A DNA stretch of 64,000 nt from positions 1,843 to 65,842 of the forward strand of contig CAZDRU010000043.1 in NCBI GenBank assembly GCA_964508175.1. Reading direction: 5' to 3'. Each line of letters begins with the position of its first letter. Within the stretch, counting starts at the first letter, position 1. This document shows, in pieces, positions 40,122-50,160 of this stretch. The translations under genes and the position numbers were made by a program. Source of the stretch: an uncultured Dehalococcoidia bacterium (GTDB taxonomy: Bacteria; Chloroflexota; Dehalococcoidia; Lucifugimonadales; CAZDRU01). The notes under the pieces were generated by a model. The model ran no database searches. It was not told the DNA's origin and saw only the letters and a list, made by a program, of their open reading frames with translations.

Positions 40122-42707
40122 TTATTTTGATTCAATACGGCGTAATATCAGTTCAATTGGAATTAATATTAAAGCTAAAACAATAAATAACCATCTTAAA
40201 TCGGTTAGTGTATTTTCAGTACTAATATCTGTCCGGAAAATATCTCTTATGTCCGATGTTAATTTGCCGTTGCTAATAATAGATAAGTTATTCAAAAAAT
40301 CTTTGTTTGTCGATAAATTTTTGTATTCTTTAGGATAGCTAATGTTAAGAATCGTTTGATATTTTTCTTTGTCATTATATACGGATATATGATAAATGCC
40401 CGTTTCTGTTATCGGGAATTCTCCTGTGAATTGATTAACACTTTCCTGTTCAATTTTTGGAGAAAGATTTGTTAGAGATGGAGTTGTTATTGATGCTTGA
40501 AATTTATTAATTTCAGAAGTTGTATTTAATGATATTTTAGCTATATTATCTAATTCTGTAACAACTAAATTATTATCGGTTTTATTATTTGCAGAATGTG
40601 GAATAGTCCAGTTAATTATGTTGGCCCAAAAATCAGCCTCGTTTTCCCATTTCAAAAAGTTATTTGTCCAAATTCCTTCACTATCACTTGTCCATACTAT
40701 TATTTTCCCTAAGCCATATTGCCAATATGTTAGTAATGGTTCTTTATTGTTGTTTTCAATAATAGTTGTCGAATATTTTTTAGGAACAGTACGAACATAT
40801 CCATCAATTTTAGGAATATTCCCATTTGCGTTTATAAATGGATTATCTCTTTTAATTATAGGGGTTGTTTCTGTAGTATGAAAAGTTCTTTCTGCTATAA
40901 CTTGAGTTTCAGTGACCATGATTTTGGGAATACTTCTCAGTGTTTCTGTGAAATAGAATCGACCTTGAGTTGAATCTGATAAATATTGTAGTAATTTAAC
41001 ATCAGCTCCTGCCCCGATCGCAATCGTAGAAAGGACGATTTCTTTTTCTTTGAGCGTTTTAATTAGGTTTTCAAAATCTCCTGGCAAAGAAAATCCATCT
41101 GTTAAAAGAACAAAATTTTTCGGAATGGAAATATTTGCTGGAATTGCAGTTGCTGCTTCTGCTATTGCTATAGCAAAATTAGTTCCACCTGAAGCAGTAA
41201 TTTTCGAAATTTCATTTAAGATGTTTTCATTTATGTTTTTATTAATAACTTGTATTGGGATTATCCATTCAACATTTTGATCAAAAGCAATAACTCCGAC
41301 TTGATCATCTTCAAAAAGAGATTCTATAGCTCCTTTAGTGGCTATTTTGGCCATAGTTAATTTAGTTTCACCTATGCCCCATTGATTTGACGTGTCTTCT
41401 CTACTCTGTTTTTGCATGCTTTGTGATTTATCAATTAATATGACAAGTAGAATTGGTTTTTCAGAAGATGATTTTGGTAATTTTGATGAGACAGGTAACA
41501 TTGTTTCAAATAAGCTGTTAGCATATCCGCCTGCAGAAAGGCTTTTATTCCCTCCTATTATTGTTAGTCCTCTTCCATGATTTTTTACTAAAGTTTCTAT
41601 AGTTTGTTGTTGTCTTAAAGTTAAATTTTCGACTGAAATATCAGATAATATGAACGAATCGTATTGTAAACCATCACCTACAGATGATGGAAAAGATGAT
41701 GGATTAATATAATTTATATTAAATCCTTTTGATTTTAAAGAGTTGCTTAAATTTGAAGAATTTTCTTTTGTACTTACAACTGCAATTAATGGAGGACCTT
41801 CAAATATAATAGTTGTATTCAATGTGTTATTTTGGACGAAAGTGTCTCTTAATGATTGAATATTGATAGTTATTATTTGTTGTCCACTTTTTTTAGTAAT
41901 AAAGTTAATTGGTATAGAATTAACTCCAGGTTTAGCTAAAAATGTTTTGGATGTTATGGTTTCTCCATCTATATTTACAGATAAAGTTGATTCTGCTTCG
42001 ATATTGCTTTGAATGATAGTAGTTAAATTAACTAATTCTCCTTCTTTGATTCTTTTAGGTGCTAAGACTTTTTCAAGTAATATTTCAGGATAGTTGTAAT
42101 CAGATGTTTCCCAGATATCTAATGAAATATTTTGAGCAAGCAAGTCTTGTGCTATTGAATTTACATTCCCTATAGTTTCATTTCCATCAGAAAATAACAC
42201 TATTTGTTTTTTTGTATTTTCTGGAAAGAGCGTTTGTGCTAATTGTATTCCTGCTGCTAAATTTGTTGCTGAGCCATCTAGATTTGTTTTATTAAAGTCA
42301 ATATTCCATATTCTGCCATCCATCGTAGTTTCTAACTTTGCTGTTTTGGCTATAGAAATTATTGCTGATTTTTCAGTGCCGTTTTTTTGAGTTCTCAAAG
42401 CTTTGTCTATCGTTGTTTTTATAGTATTGAAATTATATTGATTACTATCTGACGTATCTACTAAAAATATTACAGATGTGTTATTGCTTGTTTTACTGAT
42501 TGAAGGATTTGCAACTCCAATAATAAGTAATATAACTATTAAAAGTCGGATGATTAATACTTTACTTAGTACTTTTTTATTTCCACTAATACCAAAAACT
42601 TTGGTATCTAGAGTTTTTTCACCTTCTCGTTTCCATAAAATGAAAAATATAATAAAAATAAAAGGAATAAAAATTAACAACCAAGGATAAGTGAAATTTA
42701 TTTCCAT
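40122..42707 (-). CDS. membrane-anchored double-VWA protein with glutamine-amidotransferase-like middle domain
   Basis: MIDAS DTSDS..T..SDG and DKSQS..GGT..TDG; GGY....E..LPV; WQYGLG...W.SD; TM at both ends. Start taken at ATG 42707. Confidence 0.82.
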   Translation of the reverse strand: MEINFTYPWLLIFIPFIFIIFFILWKREGEKTLDTKVFGISGNKKVLSKVLIIRLLIVILLIIGVANPSISKTSNNTSVIFLVDTSDSNQYNFNTIKTTIDKALRTQKNGTEKSAIISIAKTAKLETTMDGRIWNIDFNKTNLDGSATNLAAGIQLAQTLFPENTKKQIVLFSDGNETIGNVNSIAQDLLAQNISLDIWETSDYNYPEILLEKVLAPKRIKEGELVNLTTIIQSNIEAESTLSVNIDGETITSKTFLAKPGVNSIPINFITKKSGQQIITINIQSLRDTFVQNNTLNTTIIFEGPPLIAVVSTKENSSNLSNSLKSKGFNINYINPSSFPSSVGDGLQYDSFILSDISVENLTLRQQQTIETLVKNHGRGLTIIGGNKSLSAGGYANSLFETMLPVSSKLPKSSSEKPILLVILIDKSQSMQKQSREDTSNQWGIGETKLTMAKIATKGAIESLFEDDQVGVIAFDQNVEWIIPIQVINKNINENILNEISKITASGGTNFAIAIAEAATAIPANISIPKNFVLLTDGFSLPGDFENLIKTLKEKEIVLSTIAIGAGADVKLLQYLSDSTQGRFYFTETLRSIPKIMVTETQVIAERTFHTTETTPIIKRDNPFINANGNIPKIDGYVRTVPKKYSTTIIENNNKEPLLTYWQYGLGKIIVWTSDSEGIWTNNFLKWENEADFWANIINWTIPHSANNKTDNNLVVTELDNIAKISLNTTSEINKFQASITTPSLTNLSPKIEQESVNQFTGEFPITETGIYHISVYNDKEKYQTILNISYPKEYKNLSTNKDFLNNLSIISNGKLTSDIRDIFRTDISTENTLTDLRWLFIVLALILIPIELILRRIESK

Positions 42708-44527
42708 TGAGTTTTGCCTAGCCATTCAATAATTAAGATAATAAGCACTATAATTAAAATCCATGATACGAATTCATTTTTAATTTTCCCAGTTGGTTTT
42801 ATGTTTGTATTAGTATTTAAATAAGAAATTACTTCAGGTATGTTTTGGAAATTCGATTCAGTTGATCCAATAAAATTTATAGTGAAATTAGTCGAATTAG
42901 TTTTAGAATCGATTGTTTGATTTAAAGAATACATTCCAATTTCATTTGTAAATTCTTCAATGTTTTTTTTGTTTACATCGATTATTTCCAATTTGTCTGA
43001 TGGGGTTCTTAAACTGAATTCCGCATCATTTCCTATTTCTGTTACTTTAATGTTATTTATATTTCCTGTCATGAAATTATTCTCTGAACTAAACCATTCA
43101 ATACTATTATAGAATAGTATCGGAAAACTTGTTAACTTACCAAAATTGGATTTCTCCAAAGGAAAAGAAATAAGAATTCTTTTGTGGCTTGATTCTTCCC
43201 ATACGCTAATTAAAGGGGAATCGAAATAATTAATAATCGGTTTTGAGTTTAGAGGTATTTCATTTTTATAAAATTCTGAAATGCTTAATTCTGTTAGATC
43301 TATAAAATTCATAATTGGATGTGTTTTATTAATGATATTTAGTTGTTCTAACGAATTAGTTTTTGGAGATAAAAGAGAAGTTTCAAAATGTTTGTTGTTT
43401 ATTGGAGGATTAATGATTAACAAATCCCCTGTCGGCAACTCGTTTGGGAGGAAATTATTAAATATAGAAATGTCAGCATTGTTGATTATTGTATATTCTT
43501 CAGGTCGCATAACTTTGATAGTATAACCTTCAAATAGACCTGTAAGATTTTCCAGAAAAGCATTTTTTTCTGTAATTATGTTGATTGTTTGATCTTTATT
43601 TGGATTTAGAAATATTACTTTGTTATCTAGTTGAAAAAAATCGTTTGTTAATATATTTAAAGATATTGTTGAAGAATTCCTTGGGATATTAGTCCATTGT
43701 AAATTGTGTTGTTCTTTTGGAGAAAAAGAAATAGTTTTAATATCATATAATTGTGAATTGATCATAAGTTCAATTTCAGTTTCCAGTGATTCATTCCCAT
43801 CCCAATTTAAAGTAGCATTAATTATTAATGAATCAGTATCTGATTTTATTACTTCAAACTGTGTTATTGCTAAATTTTCAAAAGAAGTGCCTATTGGGAT
43901 TTGGCGATAGGAAATGTTTTTTGGTAGTTTTGCTAGATATTCTTTAGAATCTTTGTCTGTCAGGTAGAAAATAGTTGGATTGTTTAATTGATTGCTAATA
44001 GTTTCTGCTAATTTTAATGCAGATGTAGTATTTGATGAAGTGAGTGTTGGGAATAATTTAGACAATTTTTGTTTAGCAAGTTTTTTTTCTTTTGTTTGAA
44101 TAATTAATTTAGGTATTAATCCTGCGTTAATTAGCGATATGGAATTTTCACTTGGCAACGTATCAATTAATTTATTAGTTTCTTTGATCATTTCATTAAA
44201 ACGAGTTGGTTTAATATCTGTCGCTAACATGCTGGCAGATGTATCTATAATTATTATGGAATCTCCATTTAATGAGCTGGTTGTAGAGATAAATGGTTTA
44301 GCAAAAGCAAATATTAATAATGTAGTGATTATCAGATAAAAAAGTAGGCTTCTATTTGCTAGGAATCTTTGAAAAATTGACAAAGAAAGAGTTTGATTTT
44401 TTTGTGTTTTCCAAAATTCTGTAGTTGATACTATTACGTTTTTATTTTTTATTCGAAAAAAATAAAATATAAAAATCGGAATCAATATTAGAAAAAACCA
44501 TAAAGCATTGACATTAAATAAACCCAT
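42698..44527 (-). CDS. BatA-like N-terminus plus VWA domain protein
   Basis: N-terminal TM pair with A.P motif, DTSASM MIDAS, C-terminal TM ending IEW. Confidence 0.8.
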   Translation of the reverse strand: MGLFNVNALWFFLILIPIFIFYFFRIKNKNVIVSTTEFWKTQKNQTLSLSIFQRFLANRSLLFYLIITTLLIFAFAKPFISTTSSLNGDSIIIIDTSASMLATDIKPTRFNEMIKETNKLIDTLPSENSISLINAGLIPKLIIQTKEKKLAKQKLSKLFPTLTSSNTTSALKLAETISNQLNNPTIFYLTDKDSKEYLAKLPKNISYRQIPIGTSFENLAITQFEVIKSDTDSLIINATLNWDGNESLETEIELMINSQLYDIKTISFSPKEQHNLQWTNIPRNSSTISLNILTNDFFQLDNKVIFLNPNKDQTINIITEKNAFLENLTGLFEGYTIKVMRPEEYTIINNADISIFNNFLPNELPTGDLLIINPPINNKHFETSLLSPKTNSLEQLNIINKTHPIMNFIDLTELSISEFYKNEIPLNSKPIINYFDSPLISVWEESSHKRILISFPLEKSNFGKLTSFPILFYNSIEWFSSENNFMTGNINNIKVTEIGNDAEFSLRTPSDKLEIIDVNKKNIEEFTNEIGMYSLNQTIDSKTNSTNFTINFIGSTESNFQNIPEVISYLNTNTNIKPTGKIKNEFVSWILIIVLIILIIEWLGKTQWK

Positions 44528-44529
44528 TA

Positions 44530-45390
44530 TTAATGTTTCAATAATCCTCCCATCTTAAATTTTAAAAGAATTGAAGAATTCGATGAATTGGATACTAATT
44601 CAATGAGTCGTATGTTGTATTTGCCACAAAATTCTTTCATATAATTTTGATGTTTTGATAATCTTGCAAGATAGTTTTTTATAGCGATAGTTTTTTGTTG
44701 TATAGGTATTTGAGTTGAATGTTCTGAGTCAATAATAGTTTGGTTATCACTAATATTAGGAAGAATATCCTCTGTCGATAATATTTGAATAGCATACATT
44801 AGTTTCGTTTCTTTTTTTAACGATAATAGAGAATCAAGTTGTTTTTTTTGAAATAGAAAATCACTTATTACTAAAGTAATATCTTTATGTGCATTTTTTT
44901 TTGATTCTTTGAATGAATTTGGTATTTTAGTAGTTCCATTAGCATTTAATTTATCCAGAATTATTTTGATGTTATTGAAATTGTTATTAGTAAAAGAATT
45001 TTGGTATTTGGTTAATATTTTTGAAAATGAGTAAAATTCGATTTGATTATGGTTTGCGTTAGCTATTTTTGATAATAAAAGGACTATATTTTTTGCAGAC
45101 AATAATTTTTGAGGATTACCTAATCTCATCGATTTAGAGGAGTCTAGTAAGATAGAAATCTTAATGTTTGATTCATCTATTAATTGATTGTAATATAATT
45201 TATCTGAACGAGCGTAAGTGTTCCATGCTATATTTCTAAAGTCATCTCCGGGACTGTATTCTCTAGTATCAAAATATTCTGGATTATTTCCTGAACTATT
45301 TATTCTGTGTTGTCCAAATAACTTTTTTTTTGCTGACAATGGTTCAACAAATTTTAAATGTTTAAAAATCTTGTTGTTTATTTCTGTCAC
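44530..45390 (-). CDS. DUF58 domain protein
   Basis: G.H, REY.PGDD.R.I.W...AR, LDSSKSM, VISDF. Confidence 0.88.
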   Translation of the reverse strand: MTEINNKIFKHLKFVEPLSAKKKLFGQHRINSSGNNPEYFDTREYSPGDDFRNIAWNTYARSDKLYYNQLIDESNIKISILLDSSKSMRLGNPQKLLSAKNIVLLLSKIANANHNQIEFYSFSKILTKYQNSFTNNNFNNIKIILDKLNANGTTKIPNSFKESKKNAHKDITLVISDFLFQKKQLDSLLSLKKETKLMYAIQILSTEDILPNISDNQTIIDSEHSTQIPIQQKTIAIKNYLARLSKHQNYMKEFCGKYNIRLIELVSNSSNSSILLKFKMGGLLKH

Positions 45391-45402
45391 TTTTTTCTCG
45401 AT

Positions 45403-46380
45403 TTAGTTAAATTGTTTTTTTAAAATTTCATCGATTATTGTTTCTGTCTCAATATTTTCTGTTTGGGCTTCAAAATTTCGTATAATTCGATGGCCTAGTG
45501 TTGGTGGAGCTATAAATTGTAAATCTTCTTCAGAGACATTTAATCTGCCATTAAGAAAAGCATAAGCTTTTGCTGCTTTAATAAGTGCTTGTAACCCTCT
45601 TGGACTAACTCCATGTTCAATAAAGTGTTTTACGTTTTTTGAAGTTGTTTTTGAAGGATGAGTATTAATGATAATATTTGTTGCCATGTCAATTAAATCT
45701 GCCGATATTGGTATTTGTTTAGTGATATTTATTAATTGTTGAATATTTGTTGAATTAGTTATTTGTTGTACGTTTGAAAGAGTTGTTACAGGATTATATT
45801 CAGCGAGTTTTTTCAAAGTATCTTTAGAAGGAAAGTTGATTTTTATTTTAAAAATAAATCGATCTAGTTGAGCTTCCGGTAAAATATAAGTTCCTTCCAT
45901 TTCTATTGGGTTTTCAGTTGCTAATACGAAAAATGGGGAATCCAAAGGATGTGTTTCATTTCCGAAAGTAACAGTTTTTTCTTGCATGGCTTCTAGCATT
46001 GCTGATTGAGTTTTAGGAGTGCCACGGTTGATTTCATCTGCTAAAATCATGTTTGAAAAAATTGGTCCTTTATTAAAAGAAAAACTTCTTATACCTTTTG
46101 TTGTTTCTGTTATTATGTTTGTTCCTGTTATATCTGCTGGCATTAAATCAGGAGTAAATTGGATTCTTTTGAATGATAATCCTAATATTTTAGCAAGCAC
46201 TTTTACCATCATAGTTTTTCCTAAACCAGGAACTCCCTCTAATAAAGAATTTTCTTCAGATAGAATAGTACAGATCAGAAGGTTACAAGCATCTTTTTGC
46301 CCAAGAATAGTTTTTTCAAATTCCTTTTTGATTTTTTCTATGATATTTATAGATTCATCAATTGTTTTTTCATCTTTCAT
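45403..46380 (-). CDS. moxR: MoxR family AAA+ ATPase
   Basis: GVPGLGKT, RIQFTPDLMPADITG, DEINR..PKTQSA.LEAMQE, NPIE.EGTY.LPEAQLDRF. Confidence 0.95.
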   Translation of the reverse strand: MKDEKTIDESINIIEKIKKEFEKTILGQKDACNLLICTILSEENSLLEGVPGLGKTMMVKVLAKILGLSFKRIQFTPDLMPADITGTNIITETTKGIRSFSFNKGPIFSNMILADEINRGTPKTQSAMLEAMQEKTVTFGNETHPLDSPFFVLATENPIEMEGTYILPEAQLDRFIFKIKINFPSKDTLKKLAEYNPVTTLSNVQQITNSTNIQQLINITKQIPISADLIDMATNIIINTHPSKTTSKNVKHFIEHGVSPRGLQALIKAAKAYAFLNGRLNVSEEDLQFIAPPTLGHRIIRNFEAQTENIETETIIDEILKKQFN

Positions 46381-46402
46381 TTTTTGTCCTAATTACATAA
46401 GT

Positions 46403-47878
46403 TTATGATGATTTTTCACTTAATCGCATAAAGTATTCTAAAATTAAATTATGATATTTATCTGGTATAGAGTGTTTTTTGATATACATTCTAGCTTGTT
46501 TTTCATATGTTTTCTTAATTTGAGGGGTTTGGGTATTTAAAATTTGTTTACTGGTATTAGAAGTTTCTTGTGATGTATAGCTTGTTGTAGCCATATTATT
46601 ATCTATAGTTTTATTTTGGATTATTAGTGTGTCTCCTTTTGGCGCAGAAATTTTTTCCGGTGATTGGGTAATCTTTTTATTGTTTATTCCTAATTGATTG
46701 CCCGCTTTTGAGGTAGAAACCGTTTTTTCATTTTTCAATTCAGATTGATTTATTCCCAATAGATTTTCTCTAAGTAGTTGAAGGATTTCTAATGATTCTC
46801 GAGTATTTTCTTGAATGTTTTCAGATGTCATTTTTTCTATTTCTTTTAGAATATTTTCAATAGAATCATTTGATATATTTTTATTATCTTTATTTAACAT
46901 ACTGAGAATATTTTCAAACAATGTTGTTGTTGCATCTAGACTTGATGATTCGTTGTTAGGCTTAAAGTTTGATTTAAGAGTTGTATCTGGCCATTGTTGA
47001 ATTTGTTCTTTTAGAAGATTTTTTTTAGCTTCATAATTTAATGAATTGGATTGTAATTTAGTTAAAATTTCGTTTAATTGTTCATTATTAATTTGAGAAG
47101 TTAATTCTTCAAATTTATTTTTATTTAGGGTCGTTTGTTCTATTTTCTCAAGTGATTCTATTGCTTCTGATATTGATTTAATAGTTTCTCGTTCTGATGT
47201 TGCCTGGTCAAGTTTGTCGATTGTTTCCTTCAGTATTCCATCCGCAGAGTTTTTGGGGGTTAAAGAGGTAGGATTGTTTTTTTCAATTGCATTTAATAAA
47301 TCTTGAAGTGGGGTTGTATTGATTTGATTATTTATTTCTTCAGGATTAGTAGATTGGTTTCTTAAACTGTTTGGAGTATTACTTGGAGTATCCCAGAAAA
47401 AGAAAGTTAAAAGACTCGCAAGAGATAAAGTAAAAAAGACAATAGTTAAAGTTTGTGGGAATAGTCGAATTTTAGAATCAGCTTTGAATTTTTTCAAGAA
47501 TAATATTGCATTCTGAGCTTGAACATTTGCTAGATCGTGTTTAGTATTTCTTAATTCCCATGCAGTTATAAACCGATGTTCTCCTTTTAATAATTGGTCA
47601 ATAGTATTGATTACTTTATTTCTTAATATCTTAGGAATAGTTATGATGATAAGAGTAAGAATTGAAATTGAAACTATAAAAATTATCATTATTGATATCA
47701 ATGTTTGTAATTTGGGAATGAATAATGTTAGAAATAAAAACAATGAAATTATAAAAATTCCTAAAGATGAAATTTTTAAAGCATTTGAACTGATAATAAA
47801 AAATCGATATTTGAAACTCAATCTATTTAGTAAATTGAAAAGTTTATTTTGAGTGAATGTTGTTTTTTGTTTATTCAT
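46403..47878 (-). CDS. hypothetical membrane-anchored coiled-coil protein, first gene of the MoxR operon
   Basis: Three N-terminal TM helices, long Q/E/N/K helical region, C-terminal IP..Y..LI..YF motif. Confidence 0.65.
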   Translation of the reverse strand: MNKQKTTFTQNKLFNLLNRLSFKYRFFIISSNALKISSLGIFIISLFLFLTLFIPKLQTLISIMIIFIVSISILTLIIITIPKILRNKVINTIDQLLKGEHRFITAWELRNTKHDLANVQAQNAILFLKKFKADSKIRLFPQTLTIVFFTLSLASLLTFFFWDTPSNTPNSLRNQSTNPEEINNQINTTPLQDLLNAIEKNNPTSLTPKNSADGILKETIDKLDQATSERETIKSISEAIESLEKIEQTTLNKNKFEELTSQINNEQLNEILTKLQSNSLNYEAKKNLLKEQIQQWPDTTLKSNFKPNNESSSLDATTTLFENILSMLNKDNKNISNDSIENILKEIEKMTSENIQENTRESLEILQLLRENLLGINQSELKNEKTVSTSKAGNQLGINNKKITQSPEKISAPKGDTLIIQNKTIDNNMATTSYTSQETSNTSKQILNTQTPQIKKTYEKQARMYIKKHSIPDKYHNLILEYFMRLSEKSS

Positions 47879-48052
47879 CAGAAACCATGTTAAAAGTAAA
47901 TTAATATAATTTGATAGGTCGAAAAATAATTGTGAAAATTTATTTTTTATAGATTTTTGAAAATGCTTTAAACTTTAAATGTATTTTAACACGTTATCTT
48001 CTAGTGAGTTATATTCAACAGTATTGTTCATAATGTATTATATCTAATTATT

Positions 48053-49162
48053 ATGTCTCAAAGAATCAAATTAGGATTTATTGGTGCCGGATGGTGGGCT
48101 ACTTCAAATCATATTCCAATATTACAAAATAGACAGGATGTTGAATTTAGTGCGGTTTGCAGAAAAGGGACTCAAGAACTTGAAAAAGTTGCGAAGCATT
48201 TTGGCTTTGAATATTCTACGGAAAATTATCTAGAAATGCTTGAACAATGTGATCTGAATGGAGTTATTATTAGTTCGCCTCATTCTTTACATTATGAACA
48301 TGCTAAAGCTGCTTTAAATAGAGGGATGCATGTTATGTGTGAAAAACCTATGACTCTTAACGCTAAAGAAGCAAATGAATTAGTAGATATTGCGAATAAA
48401 CAAGGTCTTCATTTATTAGTTCCTTACGGTTGGCATTATAAGAATTTTGTGAAGGAAGCAAAAAAGAAATTGTCCGAAAAATGTGTAGGAGAAATTTATT
48501 ATGTATTAGTTCACATGGCTTCACCTGCATTGGATTTATTAACTGGCAAATCACCAATAATAGGAACTGATGGGAAAACAGTTGAAAATCAAGCGGTTAA
48601 TACAGCTAATGCTCAAATGTTTTTTGAGCCGGGAATTGATACTTGGGCTAATCTGGAAGTAGCTGGTGGAGGATACGGACATTCTCAAATTACACATTCA
48701 ATGGGAATGTTTTTTTGGTTAACAAAAATGAGAATTAAGAAAGTATTTGCAAAAATGAGTGGGCCTAATTCTCAAGTAGAATTATATAATGCGATGACTA
48801 CGCTATTTGATAATGGTGCTATTGGAGTTATTTCAGGTTCTGGTTCTGTTCCATCAACTCAAAATTTTCAGCTTGACATACGTATTTTTGGGTCTGAAGG
48901 ACAATTATCGTTAGATTGTGATAGAGCTAGAATGGATATTCAAAGACATGATAATAATAATTTCTCTCTTGATTTAAAAGGAGATGAAGGCGCGTATGAT
49001 TGTGAAGGTCCTCCTAATAATTTTGTTGATTTAATTAAAGGAAATACTACTGAAAATAATGCTCCAGGTTGGGCGGCTGCAAGAAGTGTTGAATTTTTAG
49101 ATTTGGCATATCGGTCTATTATTTCATCAAAAGAGGAATCAATAGAGTCTTTGAATATTTAA
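48053..49162 (+). CDS. Gfo/Idh/MocA family oxidoreductase
   Basis: GFIGAGWWA, SPH..H, HVMCEKP. Confidence 0.9.
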   Translation: MSQRIKLGFIGAGWWATSNHIPILQNRQDVEFSAVCRKGTQELEKVAKHFGFEYSTENYLEMLEQCDLNGVIISSPHSLHYEHAKAALNRGMHVMCEKPMTLNAKEANELVDIANKQGLHLLVPYGWHYKNFVKEAKKKLSEKCVGEIYYVLVHMASPALDLLTGKSPIIGTDGKTVENQAVNTANAQMFFEPGIDTWANLEVAGGGYGHSQITHSMGMFFWLTKMRIKKVFAKMSGPNSQVELYNAMTTLFDNGAIGVISGSGSVPSTQNFQLDIRIFGSEGQLSLDCDRARMDIQRHDNNNFSLDLKGDEGAYDCEGPPNNFVDLIKGNTTENNAPGWAAARSVEFLDLAYRSIISSKEESIESLNI

Positions 49163-50037
49163 ATTGTTGGATAATTTAAAGATATCCCAGGTATTGTTGT
49201 TTCATATTCTGTTAGATGCCACCGTCCGAGGTTTGCGCTAATTAATTTCTCTCGTTTTTTACCACAAAATGCTATATTGGTTGGAGCAGAAATTACGTGT
49301 CCTGTTAGTTCTTCTGCAAAAATTTCTAATTGCCCATTTTCCTTCAAGCGATAAATTCTGTCTGGTCTGTAGCATGAAATATATAGGTTGTTTTCTTGAT
49401 CGAACGCTATGCCATCGGGAACTACTCCAATTTTGGGTAAATTAAGTACAGTTTCTACTTTACCGGCTGTTCCGTTTGATAGAATTGGGATTCGATAAAT
49501 TCCTGGTCGATTGAAACTAAGAACTACGTATAGATAATTATTAGTCGGGTCCATACACATGCCATTTGGAAAATCATTAAGGCTGTTTTCCCATATTTCA
49601 GCTTTATTTCCTCCTGGTTTTATTTTACATATATTCCCATTTAAACTAGGTATTCCTTTTGTAAATTCACCTGAATCAGAAACATAAAGATTGCCTGAAT
49701 TATCAAATACTGGGTAATTAGGAATTCTAAAAGGATATTCATTGTTTCCTGCAGAATAAGGAGTTACTTTTCCGTCAGGTGTGATTTTTTGTATGTTTGC
49801 ATTTCCAACATCGCAAGCATAAATATTTGAATTTGCATCTAAAGCCAAACCAGCAACAAAACCGTCTCCAACACTAGCTAATTGTTTCATTGATTTTTCT
49901 TGAAAAGAAATTTCATAAATTTGCCCTGCTTCTCCGCCAGCATATATCTTGCCATTTAATCCCCATGCAATTCCTTCAGGATGATCAAGTCCTGATAAAA
50001 ATTCAACTACTTGAGTATCATTGTTTAATACTGCCAT
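49159..50037 (-). CDS. SMP-30/gluconolactonase family protein
   Basis: HPEG, PN, FPNG, PDG.AFD...NLY, PTN.AF propeller motifs. Confidence 0.88.
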   Translation of the reverse strand: MAVLNNDTQVVEFLSGLDHPEGIAWGLNGKIYAGGEAGQIYEISFQEKSMKQLASVGDGFVAGLALDANSNIYACDVGNANIQKITPDGKVTPYSAGNNEYPFRIPNYPVFDNSGNLYVSDSGEFTKGIPSLNGNICKIKPGGNKAEIWENSLNDFPNGMCMDPTNNYLYVVLSFNRPGIYRIPILSNGTAGKVETVLNLPKIGVVPDGIAFDQENNLYISCYRPDRIYRLKENGQLEIFAEELTGHVISAPTNIAFCGKKREKLISANLGRWHLTEYETTIPGISLNYPTI

Positions 50038-50160
50038 TTGAAACTCCTTTTACTGATTACAAGCAATAATAATACTTAATGTAAAGAAGTCAATGAAAGA
50101 GCTTGTTTTCAGTCATTTTACTTGTATTATTGTATCAATAGATTTTTTTGGAGGAATAGC

